This document shows, piece after piece, positions 11,572 to 23,500 of a stretch of DNA of 64,000 bases (positions are counted from its first letter, which is position 1; each line of letters starts with the position of its first letter). The position numbers were made by a program, and so were the translations under genes. The stretch is from NCBI GenBank assembly GCA_002269645.1, contig NIVC01001709.1, positions 124,001 to 188,000 on the forward strand, in the 5' to 3' direction. Below the pieces are notes generated by a model, which had not been told where the DNA came from, searched no databases, and saw nothing but the letters and a program-made list of their open reading frames with translations. The stretch is from Macrostomum lignano. Its lineage: Eukaryota.

Positions 11572-14500
11572 GCCGCAAGCTTGCACAGCCAGCAGGCTGC
11601 CTCGAGCGGTGGCGCTGCTGCAGCCGCCGCCTCAGCTGCCGGTTCAACATCTGGCGGCTGCGGCTCCGCGTCGCGACTCCGCGTTGTTTGTGTTGTCGAC
11701 CAGACCGCGCCTCTGGGAACCGCCGCCCCGGCGTCGCCGTCATTGACGTCAACGGCTCCCCGTCAGAAGGCGTTCGCCGATGTTGAGCGAGCCTGCAAGC
11801 GGTGAGACAACTGAAAAAATTGTCTTGGACTATAGGCTTAGTGTGTGCGAGTCTTGACAGAGGAGGGCGTACTCTAGCCCACAAAGCCTCTCTGTCCGGC
11901 TCTCGGGTTCTTTGAAACTCCACAATAGCTACTCGGCCCGCTCAGGGTCTTTTCTCAGCTCTCCCCTCCTCTCCTCTCCTCTCCTCTCTTTCTCCTCTTT
12001 TCTCCTAGCATTTATCTCTCATCTATTCTCCATTCTCGCCTCTCCTCTCCTTTCTTTTTTCATCTCTCTCCTCTATTTCTTCTCCCTTCCTCTCTAATCT
12101 GGCCCGCAGACGCGAGCTGGATTCTTTATCTGGCCCTGGGGTAAAAAAAGTTTGCCGACCTCTGATCTAAGAGAATTCTGAGATCTGTAAACTTAATTTT
12201 GTTTAAACTTTTAATTCGACAGCTGCTGACAGCTAAATTCTGCAGTCATGGATAAAAAAGCACTGCTAAAATAAACGATGGAACCGCATAATTTAATAGT
12301 TCTATGCTTATTTTATGCTATACTTAGTCAATGGTAATAATTATCGCAGCCATTTCAATTAGAGCCTATTTTAATTTGCCCAGCTGGTCAAATTTCAAGC
12401 CAAATTTGTCGAATTGAAAGTTTCAAAAGTTGAATTGTGCATTTTAAACTGTATAGAATAATATTTAGCACTAAGAAAGCATTTCTATTTATGAAGTAAA
12501 CAAGGCATAGACAAAAGCAGTAGGTGAAATCTGTTAAAATGTAGCTCGATTTTTATTTCTGTAATAAAAGGCCTGATTTCGCTTTTAAAACGCATTTTTG
12601 TCTGAAAATTGTTTGTAGCAAAAATAAAACCTTAGCACCAATTTAGTGCCAATTTAGTGTCCTAGACAAGAGTTTAGCTCCAATTTAGTGTCCTAGACAA
12701 GAGTTTAGCTCCAATTTAGTGTCCTAGACAAGAGTTTAGCTCCAATTTAGTGTCCTAGACAAGAGTTTAGCACCAATTTAGTGTCCTAGACAAGAGTTTA
12801 GCACCAATTTAGTGTCCTAGACAATAGTTTAGCACCAATTTAGTGTCCTAGACAAGAGTTTAGCTCCAATTTAGTGTCCTAGACAAGAGTTTAGCTCCAA
12901 TTTAGTGTCCTAGACAAGAGTTTAGCTCCAATTTAGTGTCCTAGACAAGAGTTTAGCACCAATTTAGTGTCCTAGACAAGAGTTTAGCACCAATTTAGTG
13001 TCCTAGACAAGAGTTTCGCTCCAATTTAGTGTCCTAGACAAGAGTTTGGCTCCAATTTAGTGTCCTAGACAAGAGTTTAGCACCAATTTAGTGTCCTAGA
13101 CAAGAGTTTAGCTCCAATTTAGTGTCCTAGACAAGAGTTTAGCACCAATATAGTGTCCTAGACAAGAGTTTAGCACCAATTTAGTGTCCTAGACAAGAGT
13201 TTAGCACCAATATAGTGTCCTAGACAAGAGTTTAGCACCAATTTAGTGTCCTAGACAAGAGTTTAGCACCAATTTAGTGTCCTAGACAAGAGTTTAGCTC
13301 CAATTTAGTGTCCTAGACAAGAGTTTAGCTCCAATTTAGTGTCCTAGACAAGAGTTTAGCTCCAATTTAGTGTCCTAGACAAGAGTTTAGCTCCAATTTA
13401 GTGTCCTAGACAAGAGTTTAGCTCCAATTTAGTGTCCTAGACAAGAGTTTAGCACCAATATAGTGTCCTAGACAAGAGTTTAGCACCAATTTAGTGTCCT
13501 AGACAAGAGTTTAGCACCAATTTAGTGTCCTAGACAAGAGTTTAGCACCAATTTAGTGTCCTAGACAAGAGTTTCGCTCCAATTTAGTGTCCTAGACAAG
13601 AGTTTGGCTCCAATTTAGTGTCCTAGACAAGAGTTTGGCTCCAATTTAGTGTCCTAGACAAGAGTTTAGCACCAATTTAGTGTCCTAGACAAGAGTTTAG
13701 CACCAATTTAGTGTCCTAGACAAGAGTTTGGCTCCAATTTAGCATCCTACTTTAGAGTTTTGCGGCGCAAGCAGGCCTTCAAATGAATTCCCAGAAATTT
13801 CAACTTTTTTTCCTACATAGATAAGGTTTCAGGCCAGCGCTTTGAGGTCTGATATTATAGTTAAGTTAACATTTGGCTGCAATGAACTGTAAATAAATAA
13901 AAACTACTCTTTAAAGCCAAGGATTGCACTGGACTCATGACACTACTGTTGTACAGTCGTATTCAGTAGTCACAGCTGGTTTTTGTGTTCTAAATTATAG
14001 ACATCTGTTGTTGTTTTTTTCAGTCGCCATTTACGCATTGTTTTGTTTGTTTTCGCTTGTCCAACGCAAATTTGAGTCCTAATATGAGTAAATGCTAGTT
14101 TAACAGCTGGGTTGTTTATCGTTGGTTTTGTCAGTACATGCCGATTACGTAATAATTGTCGTTTATTTAACTACGGCTTAGCAAATTTGCTCAGTCCTAA
14201 CATCCGATTGTACTAAGCGCAATCATATGGCTTATAGTTGTTACATTGCGCATCTAACCGTTGCACAGGAGCAAAAACATATGCAAATTATTAATCATTA
14301 TCCGCTTTGTTTCCAGTGTTGGCTTAACCTGCATCAGCTTTGGCCACATCATCAACGATGTGGACACTGCAGCTGAGCTGTTCTACAGTGCTCACGCCGT
14401 TATCGTCATGCTCACCGACTTGGTAATGCAGCTTTAGGGACAGGCTTTGGTGTCTGCTGTGGTGTGCGACCCTGCGATCATGGGAACTTGGGAGCTTTGA

Positions 14501-17500
14501 CCTTCACTTGTCCTTGCGGGACCTCTGCTAACGTGTTAGTCTTACATTTCGATGATGAGATTCTAATTGGGTCTAGATGATGAGATTCTAATTGGGTCTA
14601 GATGATGATATTCTAATTGGGTCTAGATGATGAGATTCTAATTGGGTCTAGATGATGAGATTCTTATTGGGTCTAGATGATGATATTCTAATTGGGTCTA
14701 GATGATGATATTCTAATTGGGTCTAGATGATGAGATTCTAATTGGGTCTAGATGATGAGATTCTAATTGGGTCTAGATGATGAGATTCTAATTGGGTCTA
14801 GATGATGAGATTCTTATTGGGTCTAGATGATGAGATTCTTATTGGGTCTAGATGATGAGATTCTATTGGGTCTAGATGATGAGATTCTAATTGGGTCTAG
14901 ATGATGAGATTCTTATTGGGTCTAGATGATGAGATTCTTATTGGGTCTAGATGATGAGATTCTTATTGGGTCTAGATGATGAGATTCTTATTGGGTCTAG
15001 ATGATGAGAGTCTATTGGGTCTAGATGATGAGATTCTAATTGGGTCTAGATGATGAGATTCTAATTGGGTCTAGATGATGAGATTCTAATTGGGTCTAGA
15101 TGATGGGATTGTAATTGGGTCTAGATGATGAGATTCTAATTGGGTCTAGATGATGAGATTCTAATTGGGTCTAGATAATGAGATTCTTATTGGGTCTAGA
15201 TGATGAGATTCTAATTGGGTCTAGATGATGAGATTCTAATTGGGTCTAGATGATGAGATTCTAATTGGGTCTAGATGATGAGATTCTAATTGGGTCTAGA
15301 TGATGAGATTCTAATTGGGTCTAGATGATGAGATTCTAATTGGGTCTAGATGATGAGATTCTAATTGGGTCTAGATGATGAGATTCTAATTGGGTCTAGA
15401 TGATGGGATTCTAATTGGGCCTAGATGATGAGATTCTAATTGGGTCTAGATAATGAGATTCTTATTGGGTCTAGATGATGAGATTCTAATTGGGCCTAGA
15501 TGATGAGATTCTAATTGGGTCTAGATGATGAGATTCTAATTGGGTCTAGATGATGGGATTCTAATTGGGCCTAGATGATGAGATTCTAATTGGGTCTAGA
15601 TAATGAGATTCTTATTGGGTCTAGATAATGAGATTCTAATTGGGCCTAGATGATGAGATTCTAATTGGGTCTAGATGATGAGATTCTAATTGGGTCTAGA
15701 TGATGAGATTCTTATTGGGTCTAGATAATGAGCAAGGCTGATCGCACTGCTGCATGTCTTGAAGTCTAATACAAAATGTGTTTATTATTAAAGTTTCTTG
15801 TGAGAATAGAGGTTTATCTGTTTGTTTCCAGCTTTTTTGTTGTTTTAATTTTTTATTGAAGGCGCAGCGCAAATGATAAATAGAATTTTTTGTTATTGCG
15901 TTTCAACCGTTATGACCAGACGGGTACTTTTAGTTTTTTATGGGTTTGTGTAAAATAAATATTAAGTATTAGTCCAGTTAAAGTACTCGCTTGTCTCACA
16001 CTAACTCTTCCAAGTCTTGGCAGTTTGTGTCAGTTTTATTCCTTACTAATCTGGTTACTGGTTAGCTATTACTCGCTATGATCTGCGAGTGAGCTGGCGT
16101 TTTTGATAGCTTTATGAAATCCTAACTCACCTCTAATCCACTCTAACCCACCTCTAATAGTCCCTAATCCACTGCTAGAATAGTCCCTAATCCACTGCAA
16201 GAATAGTCCCTAATCCACTGCAAGAATAGTCCCTAATCCACTGCAAGAATAGTCCTTAATCCACTGCTAGAATAGTCCCTAATCCACTGCTAGAATAGTC
16301 CCTAATCCACTGCTAGAATAGTCCCTAATCCACTGCTAGAATAGTCCCTAATCCACTGCTAGAATAGTCCCTAATCCACTGCAAGAATAGTCCCTAATCC
16401 ACTGCTAGAATAGTCCCTAATCCACTGCTAGAATAGTCCCTAATCCACTGCAAGAATAGTCCCTAATCCACTGCTAGAATAGTCCCTAATCCACTGCAAG
16501 AATAGTCCTTAATCCACTGCAAGAATAGTCCCTAATCCACTGCTAGAATGGTCCCTAATCCACTGCAAGAATAGTCCTTAATCCACTGCAAGAATAGTCC
16601 CTAATCCACTGCTAGAATGGTCCCTAATCCACTGCTAGAATGGTCCCTAATCCACTGCTAGAATGGTCCCTAATCCACTGCTAGAATGGTCCTTAATCCA
16701 CTGCTAGAATAGTCCCTAATCCACTGCTAGAATAGTCCCTAATCCACTGCTAGAATAGTCCCTAATCCACTGCTAGAATAGTCCCTAATCCACTGCAAGA
16801 ATAGTCCCTAATCCACTACTAAAATAGTCCCTAATCCACTGCTAGAATAGTCCCTAATCCACTGCAAGAATAGTTCCTAATCCACTGCAAGAATAGTCCC
16901 TAATCCACTGCAAGAATAGTCCCTAATCCACTGCAAGAATAGTCCCTAATCCACTGCAAGAATAGTCCCTAATCCACTGCAAGAATAGTCCCTAATCCAC
17001 TGCAAGAATAGTCCCTAATCCACTGCAAGAATAGTCCCTAATCCACTGCAAGAATGGTCCCTAATCCACTGCAAGAATAGTCCTTAATCCACTGCAAGAA
17101 TAGTCCCTAATCCACTGCTAGAACAGTCCCTAATCCACTGCTAGAATGGTCCTTAATCCACTGCTAGAATAGTCCCTAATCCACTGCAAGAATAGTCCTT
17201 AATCCACTGCAAGAATAGTCCCTAATCCACTGCTAGAATGGTCCCTAATCCACTGCAAGAATAGTCCTTAATCCACTGCAAGAATAGTCCTTAATCCACT
17301 GCTAGAATGGTCCCTAATCCACTGCTAGAATGGTCCCTAATCCACTGCTAGAATGGTCCCTAATCCACTGCAAGAATAGTCCTTAATCCACTGCAAGAAT
17401 AGTCCCTAATCCACTGCTAGAATAGTCCCTAATCCACTGCTAGAATAGTCCCTAATCCACTGCTAGAATAGTCCCTAATCCACTGCTAGAATAGTCCTTA

Positions 17501-20500
17501 ATCCACTGCAAGAATAGTCCCTAATCCACTGCTAGAATAGTCCCTAATCCACTGCTAGAATAGTCCCTAATCCACTGCTAGAATGGTCCCTAATCCACTG
17601 CTAGAATAGTCCCTAATCCACTGCTAGAATGGTCCCTAATCCACTGCTAGAATAGTCCCTAATCCACTGCAAGAATAGTCCCTAATCCACTGCAAGAATA
17701 GTCCTTAATCCACTGCAAGAATAGTCCCTAATCCACTGCTAGAATAGTCCCTAATCCACTGCAAGAATAGTCCCTAATCCACTGCTAGAATAGTCCCTAA
17801 TCCACTGCTAGAATAGTCCCTAATCCACTGCTAGAATAGGCCCTAATCCACTGCAAGAATAGTCCTTAATCCACTGCAAGAATAGTCCCTAATCCACTGC
17901 AAGAATAGTCCTTAATCCACTGCAAGAATAGTCCCTAATCCACTGCAAGAATAGTCCTTAATCCACTGCAAGAATAGTCCCTAATCCACTGCAAGAATAG
18001 TCCTTAATCCACTGCAAGAATAGTCCCTAATCCACTGCAAGAATAGTCCTTAATCCACTGCAAGAATAGTCCCTAATCCACTGCTAGAATGGTCCCTAAT
18101 CCACTGCAAGAATAGTCCCTAATCCACTGCAAGAATAGTCCTTAATCCACTGCAAGAATAGTCCCTAATCCATTGCTAGAATAGTCCCTAATCCACTGCA
18201 AGAATAGTCCCTAATCCACTGCTAGAATAGTCCCTAATCCACTGCTAGAATGGTCCCTAATCCACTGCAAGAATAGTCCCTAATCCACTGCAAGAATAGT
18301 CCTTAATCCACTGCAAGAATAGTCCTTAATCCACTGCTAGAATACGCTCGTAGTTACATATCTACACACATTAGAACAATATGTGTGTAGGTGCCTGCAG
18401 TTATTTTATTTGTTTGTTGTGAATCAATGATTTTCTGTTTGGTGTTGGTGGCCCCCCAGCAGCAGTTTTATGAGGCTGGTACAAGTTCTGTACTAGTGCA
18501 ATCCTGGCGTCAGTAAATTATATATGTTTATTAATTATGCAATCCATATTTTTGCACAGCTCTATTTATCAGAATTTCAATACGATCTCGCTCAAAATTG
18601 ACACTTCATTAGCAGCCAAATTTTGCGGAAACCCGGAATCATAAAAAAATTATTAATTCATATTTTCTTTGCACGGCTAATTCCATTGGTATCTGTTGCT
18701 ACTGACTAGTTCTCAGGCTTGCAACTTGCTCTATGCCTTGGCTTTTACCAATTGCTATTGTACTTATCAGTAGTGAGGCCTAGATTATCTCTGCTAGCAA
18801 TTTAATTGGAATTTTGATTTTTTATTTATTGCACTAAATTTGCTAACAACAATACAGGTTAGATGTTGAGCTGCATAAGGTCCAGTTCACCCACCTGGAC
18901 TATGGCACCACTACCGCTCTGCACGAGTTTTACAATTCAGAGGTGGCCATAACGGAAATGTCCGCCAAGGTTTGTCTTACTGGCGACAGCTGTGAGCAGT
19001 CCGCGCGCTGTTCCCCCTTTTTTATCTGCTCTTGAGACAACCTGTGAACTGGTTCGTTCGTCTTTTGCTTTCTGGGCCAACTGGCACACGCGGATGGCCC
19101 GTTGAAAACGCTACCCGTGACAAGGATCGTTTTAAAAGAGTCATTGCAAACAACTCACTGGTGACTCAAGCGAGTTTTAGAACCGTTAAAAAAGTCACAC
19201 GAAAAAAATCCTCTAAGAGTCGTTGTGTTGGCGCTTAACTTTCTACTAACTCAAGTAGACTAAATAGAGTCGTGATAAATGTGAAATTGTACCGCGAAGT
19301 CTTGTCGTTTTTGAGTCGTCTAGAGTCTGGGGCGACGCAAGTGACTCTTGGGACGTTTCTTGGCCTTTGGTACCGTTTTCATCGGGCACAACAGGATAAG
19401 GTTGAGGCCTCGGGTTGCTGTCTCCATGCTTTGTGCTGTGTGTGTGGTGTGTGTTTTTTGTGTTGCGGAAGCAGCAGGGCCTGGAGATGAAGATGAACGA
19501 GAGGGATTGCCGCTATATAACAGCGAGTGTAGCGCCATGCAAATTCATGCAAATCTCAGACCGAGGACTTGCCTTACCAACCCCCACCCCATCGCCATCG
19601 CCATTCTCCACTTCCTCCTTCGCTCCGTTCCTGAGCAATGCGAGGCTGTGTGTGCGCCTACCAGCCCAGATGATGAGGGGTTTGGCGTCTGACACTCTCA
19701 GTTGGCTTAGCAGCGATAATATAGACAGCGGGCCTATAGCGCATTCTTATCCCTGCCGAGTTATGGGAGTCTGGGCCGCATCGCCCGTCCTAATGGGCGA
19801 AATTGGCTGCATCGTTGCTTTTTCCCATTTCTCTCTCTCTCTTGCTTCCCCCTGTCCTGCTCAAAGCTCCCCCCCCCCAAGGCCAATATTAGTTTTAGTA
19901 AATATATGCTGTTACTTACACAGCCTGCCTACGAATACTTCTATTCAATGGCAACTATACACTGACAGTTCTGACTGATGCACTTGTCATTCGCTAATTT
20001 TTTTCATTCTAAATTATCTGATAATTTTTTTACTTTTAGAAGAAATCCGCTGCTTTTGTCCTGTTTTTCTTGTCATCTTTTTTTAGGCCTCAGTTAAACC
20101 TGTTGCTGCTTGAGCTGGCTTTATTTGTTTTTCCTGTTTAATTGTTCCTAATTTTTATCAACGCGTCCGCAGGTCCAGCAGTACTCAATCCTGTATCACC
20201 TGGGCGTTAGGGAGAGTCTGGGCATGCGGGACAACATTATTCTGGTGCACGACCTGAATAAGGATGAGACCGACTCGCTGCGGGTGAGTGCGGCTTTTGG
20301 CCTGAGGATTTGGGAGGCTGGCCCAGCAACTGAGGATCTGGGAGGCTGGCCCAGCAACTGGGGATCCGGGAGGCTGGCCCAGCAACTGAGGATCTGGGAG
20401 GCTGGCCCAGCAACTGAGGATCTGGGAGGCTGGCCCAGCAACTGAGGATCTGGGAAGCTGGCCCAGCAACTGAGGATCCGGGAGGCTGGCTCAGCAACTG

Positions 20501-23500
20501 AGGATCCGGGAGGCTGGCCCAGCAACTGAGGATCTGGGAGGCTGGCCCAGCGACTGAGGATCCGGGAGGCTGGCCCAGCAACTGAGAATTTGGGAGGCTG
20601 GCCCAGCAACTGAGGATCCGGGAGGCTGGCCCAGCAACTGAGGGTCTGAGAGGCTGGCCCAGCAACTGAGGATCCGGGAGGCTGGCCCAGCAACTGAGGA
20701 TCTGGGAGGCTGGCCCAGCAACTGAGGATCCGGGAGGCTGGCTCAGCAACTGAGGATCCGGGAGGCTGGCTCAGCAACTGAGGATCCGGGAGGCTGGCCC
20801 AGCAACTGAGGGTCTGTGAGCAGTCTTCTAAAAGCAGCAACCCAGCAGTCAGCCGCATCCGCAGCCGCTGCCCCTACCCCGCAGAACTCGCTGTCCGCCT
20901 CCTACCGGCTGTTCCCCTACCTGGTGGACGACAGCACGGGCCGATGCGTGGTGCCGGACTCGGCCTGCCACAAGCTGCTGCTGACCAACTGCCACACCGG
21001 CCACGACCACGGCACAGACTCGCTGCTGCTCACCAAGCTCAAGCGAGCACTTCGGGAAGTTGAGTCCACCTCGAAGGCGCAGCTGAAGGAGAAATTTCTA
21101 GACGATCTTCAGAAGGCCCGACTGGAGTACAAGGGCGACTGCTTGAAAGAGTTCCTGCGCAGAATGCGATCCAGACTGGACGATCCGGACCTTATCTCGC
21201 CGGACATCATACTCAACATGCTGCTCAGCTACCGCAAGGCCCAGGACTACTCGGCCATGGTTGGCCTAGTTGAGGAGCTCAAGACTCTGCCGCACGCTAA
21301 GCACCTTGTCGACATCGTCAGCATCCAGAACCTGTACGCCTTCGCGCTCAATCGGCGGAACCGGCCAGGCGATCGCAAGGAAGCTCTCGAGGTGATCCTG
21401 CGGGCTGTACAGCGCTGCGACAAGCCGGTGCCGGATATGCTCAGCCTTGTTGGCCGCATCTATAAGGACATGTTCACCGACTCCGACTACACCGACACTG
21501 AGAGCCTGGCGCACGCCACTGAATGGTACCGCAAGGGATTCGAAGTGAGCATCCTTGAATTGAATTAAGTTTTGCTCGAATTAAGATTTGAAGTCCTCTC
21601 ATTTTCTCGCTTCCCTTTTCCCTCCTTTCTTCCCCTTTCCCCTCCTTTCTTCCCCTATCCCCTCCTTTCTTCCCCTTTCCCCTCCTTTCTTCCCCTATCC
21701 CCTCCTTTCTTCCCCTTCCCCTCCTTTCTTCCCTCTTTCCCCTCCTTTCTTCCTCTATCCCCTCCTTTCTTTTCCTATCCCCTCCTTTCTTCCCCTTTCC
21801 CCTCCTTTCTTCCCTCTTTCCCCTCCTTTCTTCCCCTATCCCCTCCTTTCTTCCCCCTTCCCCTCCTTTCTTCCCCTATCCCCTCCTTTCTTCCCCTTTC
21901 CCCTCCTTTCTTCCCCTATCCCCTCCTTTCTTCCCCTTTCCCCTCCTTTCTTCCCCTTTCCCCTCTTTTCTTCCCCTTTCCCCTCCTTTCTTCCCCTTCC
22001 CCTCCTTTCTTCCCCTTTCCCCTCCTTTCTTCCCCTTTCCCCTCCTTTCTTCCCCTTTCCCCTCCTTTCTTCCCTCTTTCCCCTCCTTTCTTCCCCTTTC
22101 CCCTCCTTTCTTCCCCTTTCCCCTCCTTTCTTCCCTCTTTCCCCTCCTTTCTTCCCCTTTCCCCTCCTTCCTTCCCCTTGCTCATCCTTTCTTCCTTTTT
22201 CTTATTCCCTCCTCTGTTATATGCCTTTCTCTCACCGACTGAGCTAGTTGCTAGCTACATGGATTAACCACAATCGCCGCTCTCTCCGCAAACAGGTGCA
22301 ACCGAACGAATACTCGGGCATAAACCTGGCCACCCTGCTAGTAGTCTCGGGCCAGGAGCTGAGCTCGAACTCGGAGCTCCAACGCGTGGCTCTGGTGCTC
22401 AACAACCTGATTGGCAAGAAGGGCTCCCTCCGCGACCTCAAAGACTACTGGGACGTGGCCACGTTCTTCGAGATCAGCGTGCTGGCTGAGAACTATAACA
22501 AAGCCTGCGTCGCGGCGGAGTGCATGTTCAAGCTGGACCCGCCCGCCTGGCACATCAAGTCCACCATCAACAACATCCAGCTCATCAATCGGTTCCGGCA
22601 GAAGAAGGAGATCGAGCGCAGGGAGCCGCAGCCGGCCGTAACGGAGGACCGGCACAAGGAGGCGTTTCACTTCTGGGTGGACTTTTTCAACGCGGCAACC
22701 ACCAGCCAGCCGGGCGGGCCGGCCGCCGGCGGCAAAGACGCTGCCGGGGCGTCGGTGTCGGCCGAAGGCGGAGGCGACAGCAGCCCTCCAGCGGGCCCGG
22801 CCCTCTACCACGTGCTGGTGCAGGAGTCCGACCAGGTGTTCAAACCGAGCTACCTGCAGCTAAACCTTGACGCTGAGCCCCGCTCGCTGGCCCTGTGGTA
22901 TATCACCGGCACTGCCGGCAGTGGCGTCGGCGGGCACGCCGAAGATTCCAAAACCGGCGTCGGCGGCGGCGGCGGCGGCGTCGCCAGCTCGGGCAGCGGC
23001 GATTGGTTCTTTCCCGAGCACCAGATTCGTCGAATTAGTCTGGCTAAGAAAGATCCCCGCGGAGTCTACCTGTTTGTGCTGTCCGCCGCGGACGACTTCC
23101 ACCTGCTGTTCCCCTCGGAGCACATGCGGAAATTGTTCTACAACTCAGCCACCATCACACTGCTGTCTGTGGCGCAGGGAGACGAAGATCTCGAGGAGGC
23201 CTTTGATCAGGTGGGTTTGCGGCGTGTCTGTAATTTGGGGATGTGTCACTGCAATCTGTGATGTGTCACTGAGTGCAATCTGTGATGTGTCACTGTGTGC
23301 AATCTGTGATGTGTCACTGAGTGCAATCTGTGATGTGTCACTGTGTGCAATCTGTGATGTGTCACTGTGTGCAATCTGTGATGTGTCACTGTGTGCAATC
23401 TGTGATGTGTCACTGTGTGCAATCTGTGATGTGTCACTGTGTGCAATCTGTGATGTGTCACTGTGTGCAATCTGTGATGTGTCACTGTGTGCAATCTGTG

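Noticed and set aside
11858-12164. hAT-like MITE (right end AAAAGTTTGCCGACCTCTG; degenerate left end CAGAGGAGGGCGTACT)
   Set aside because: The left end matches only 12/16 and the flanks AGTCTTGA and ATCTAAGA do not form a TSD; at best an old fragment.
10615-18345. CRISPR-like regular repeats of 23-46 bp
   Set aside because: The units are contiguous with no unique spacers, no cas genes are present, and the context is eukaryotic intron.
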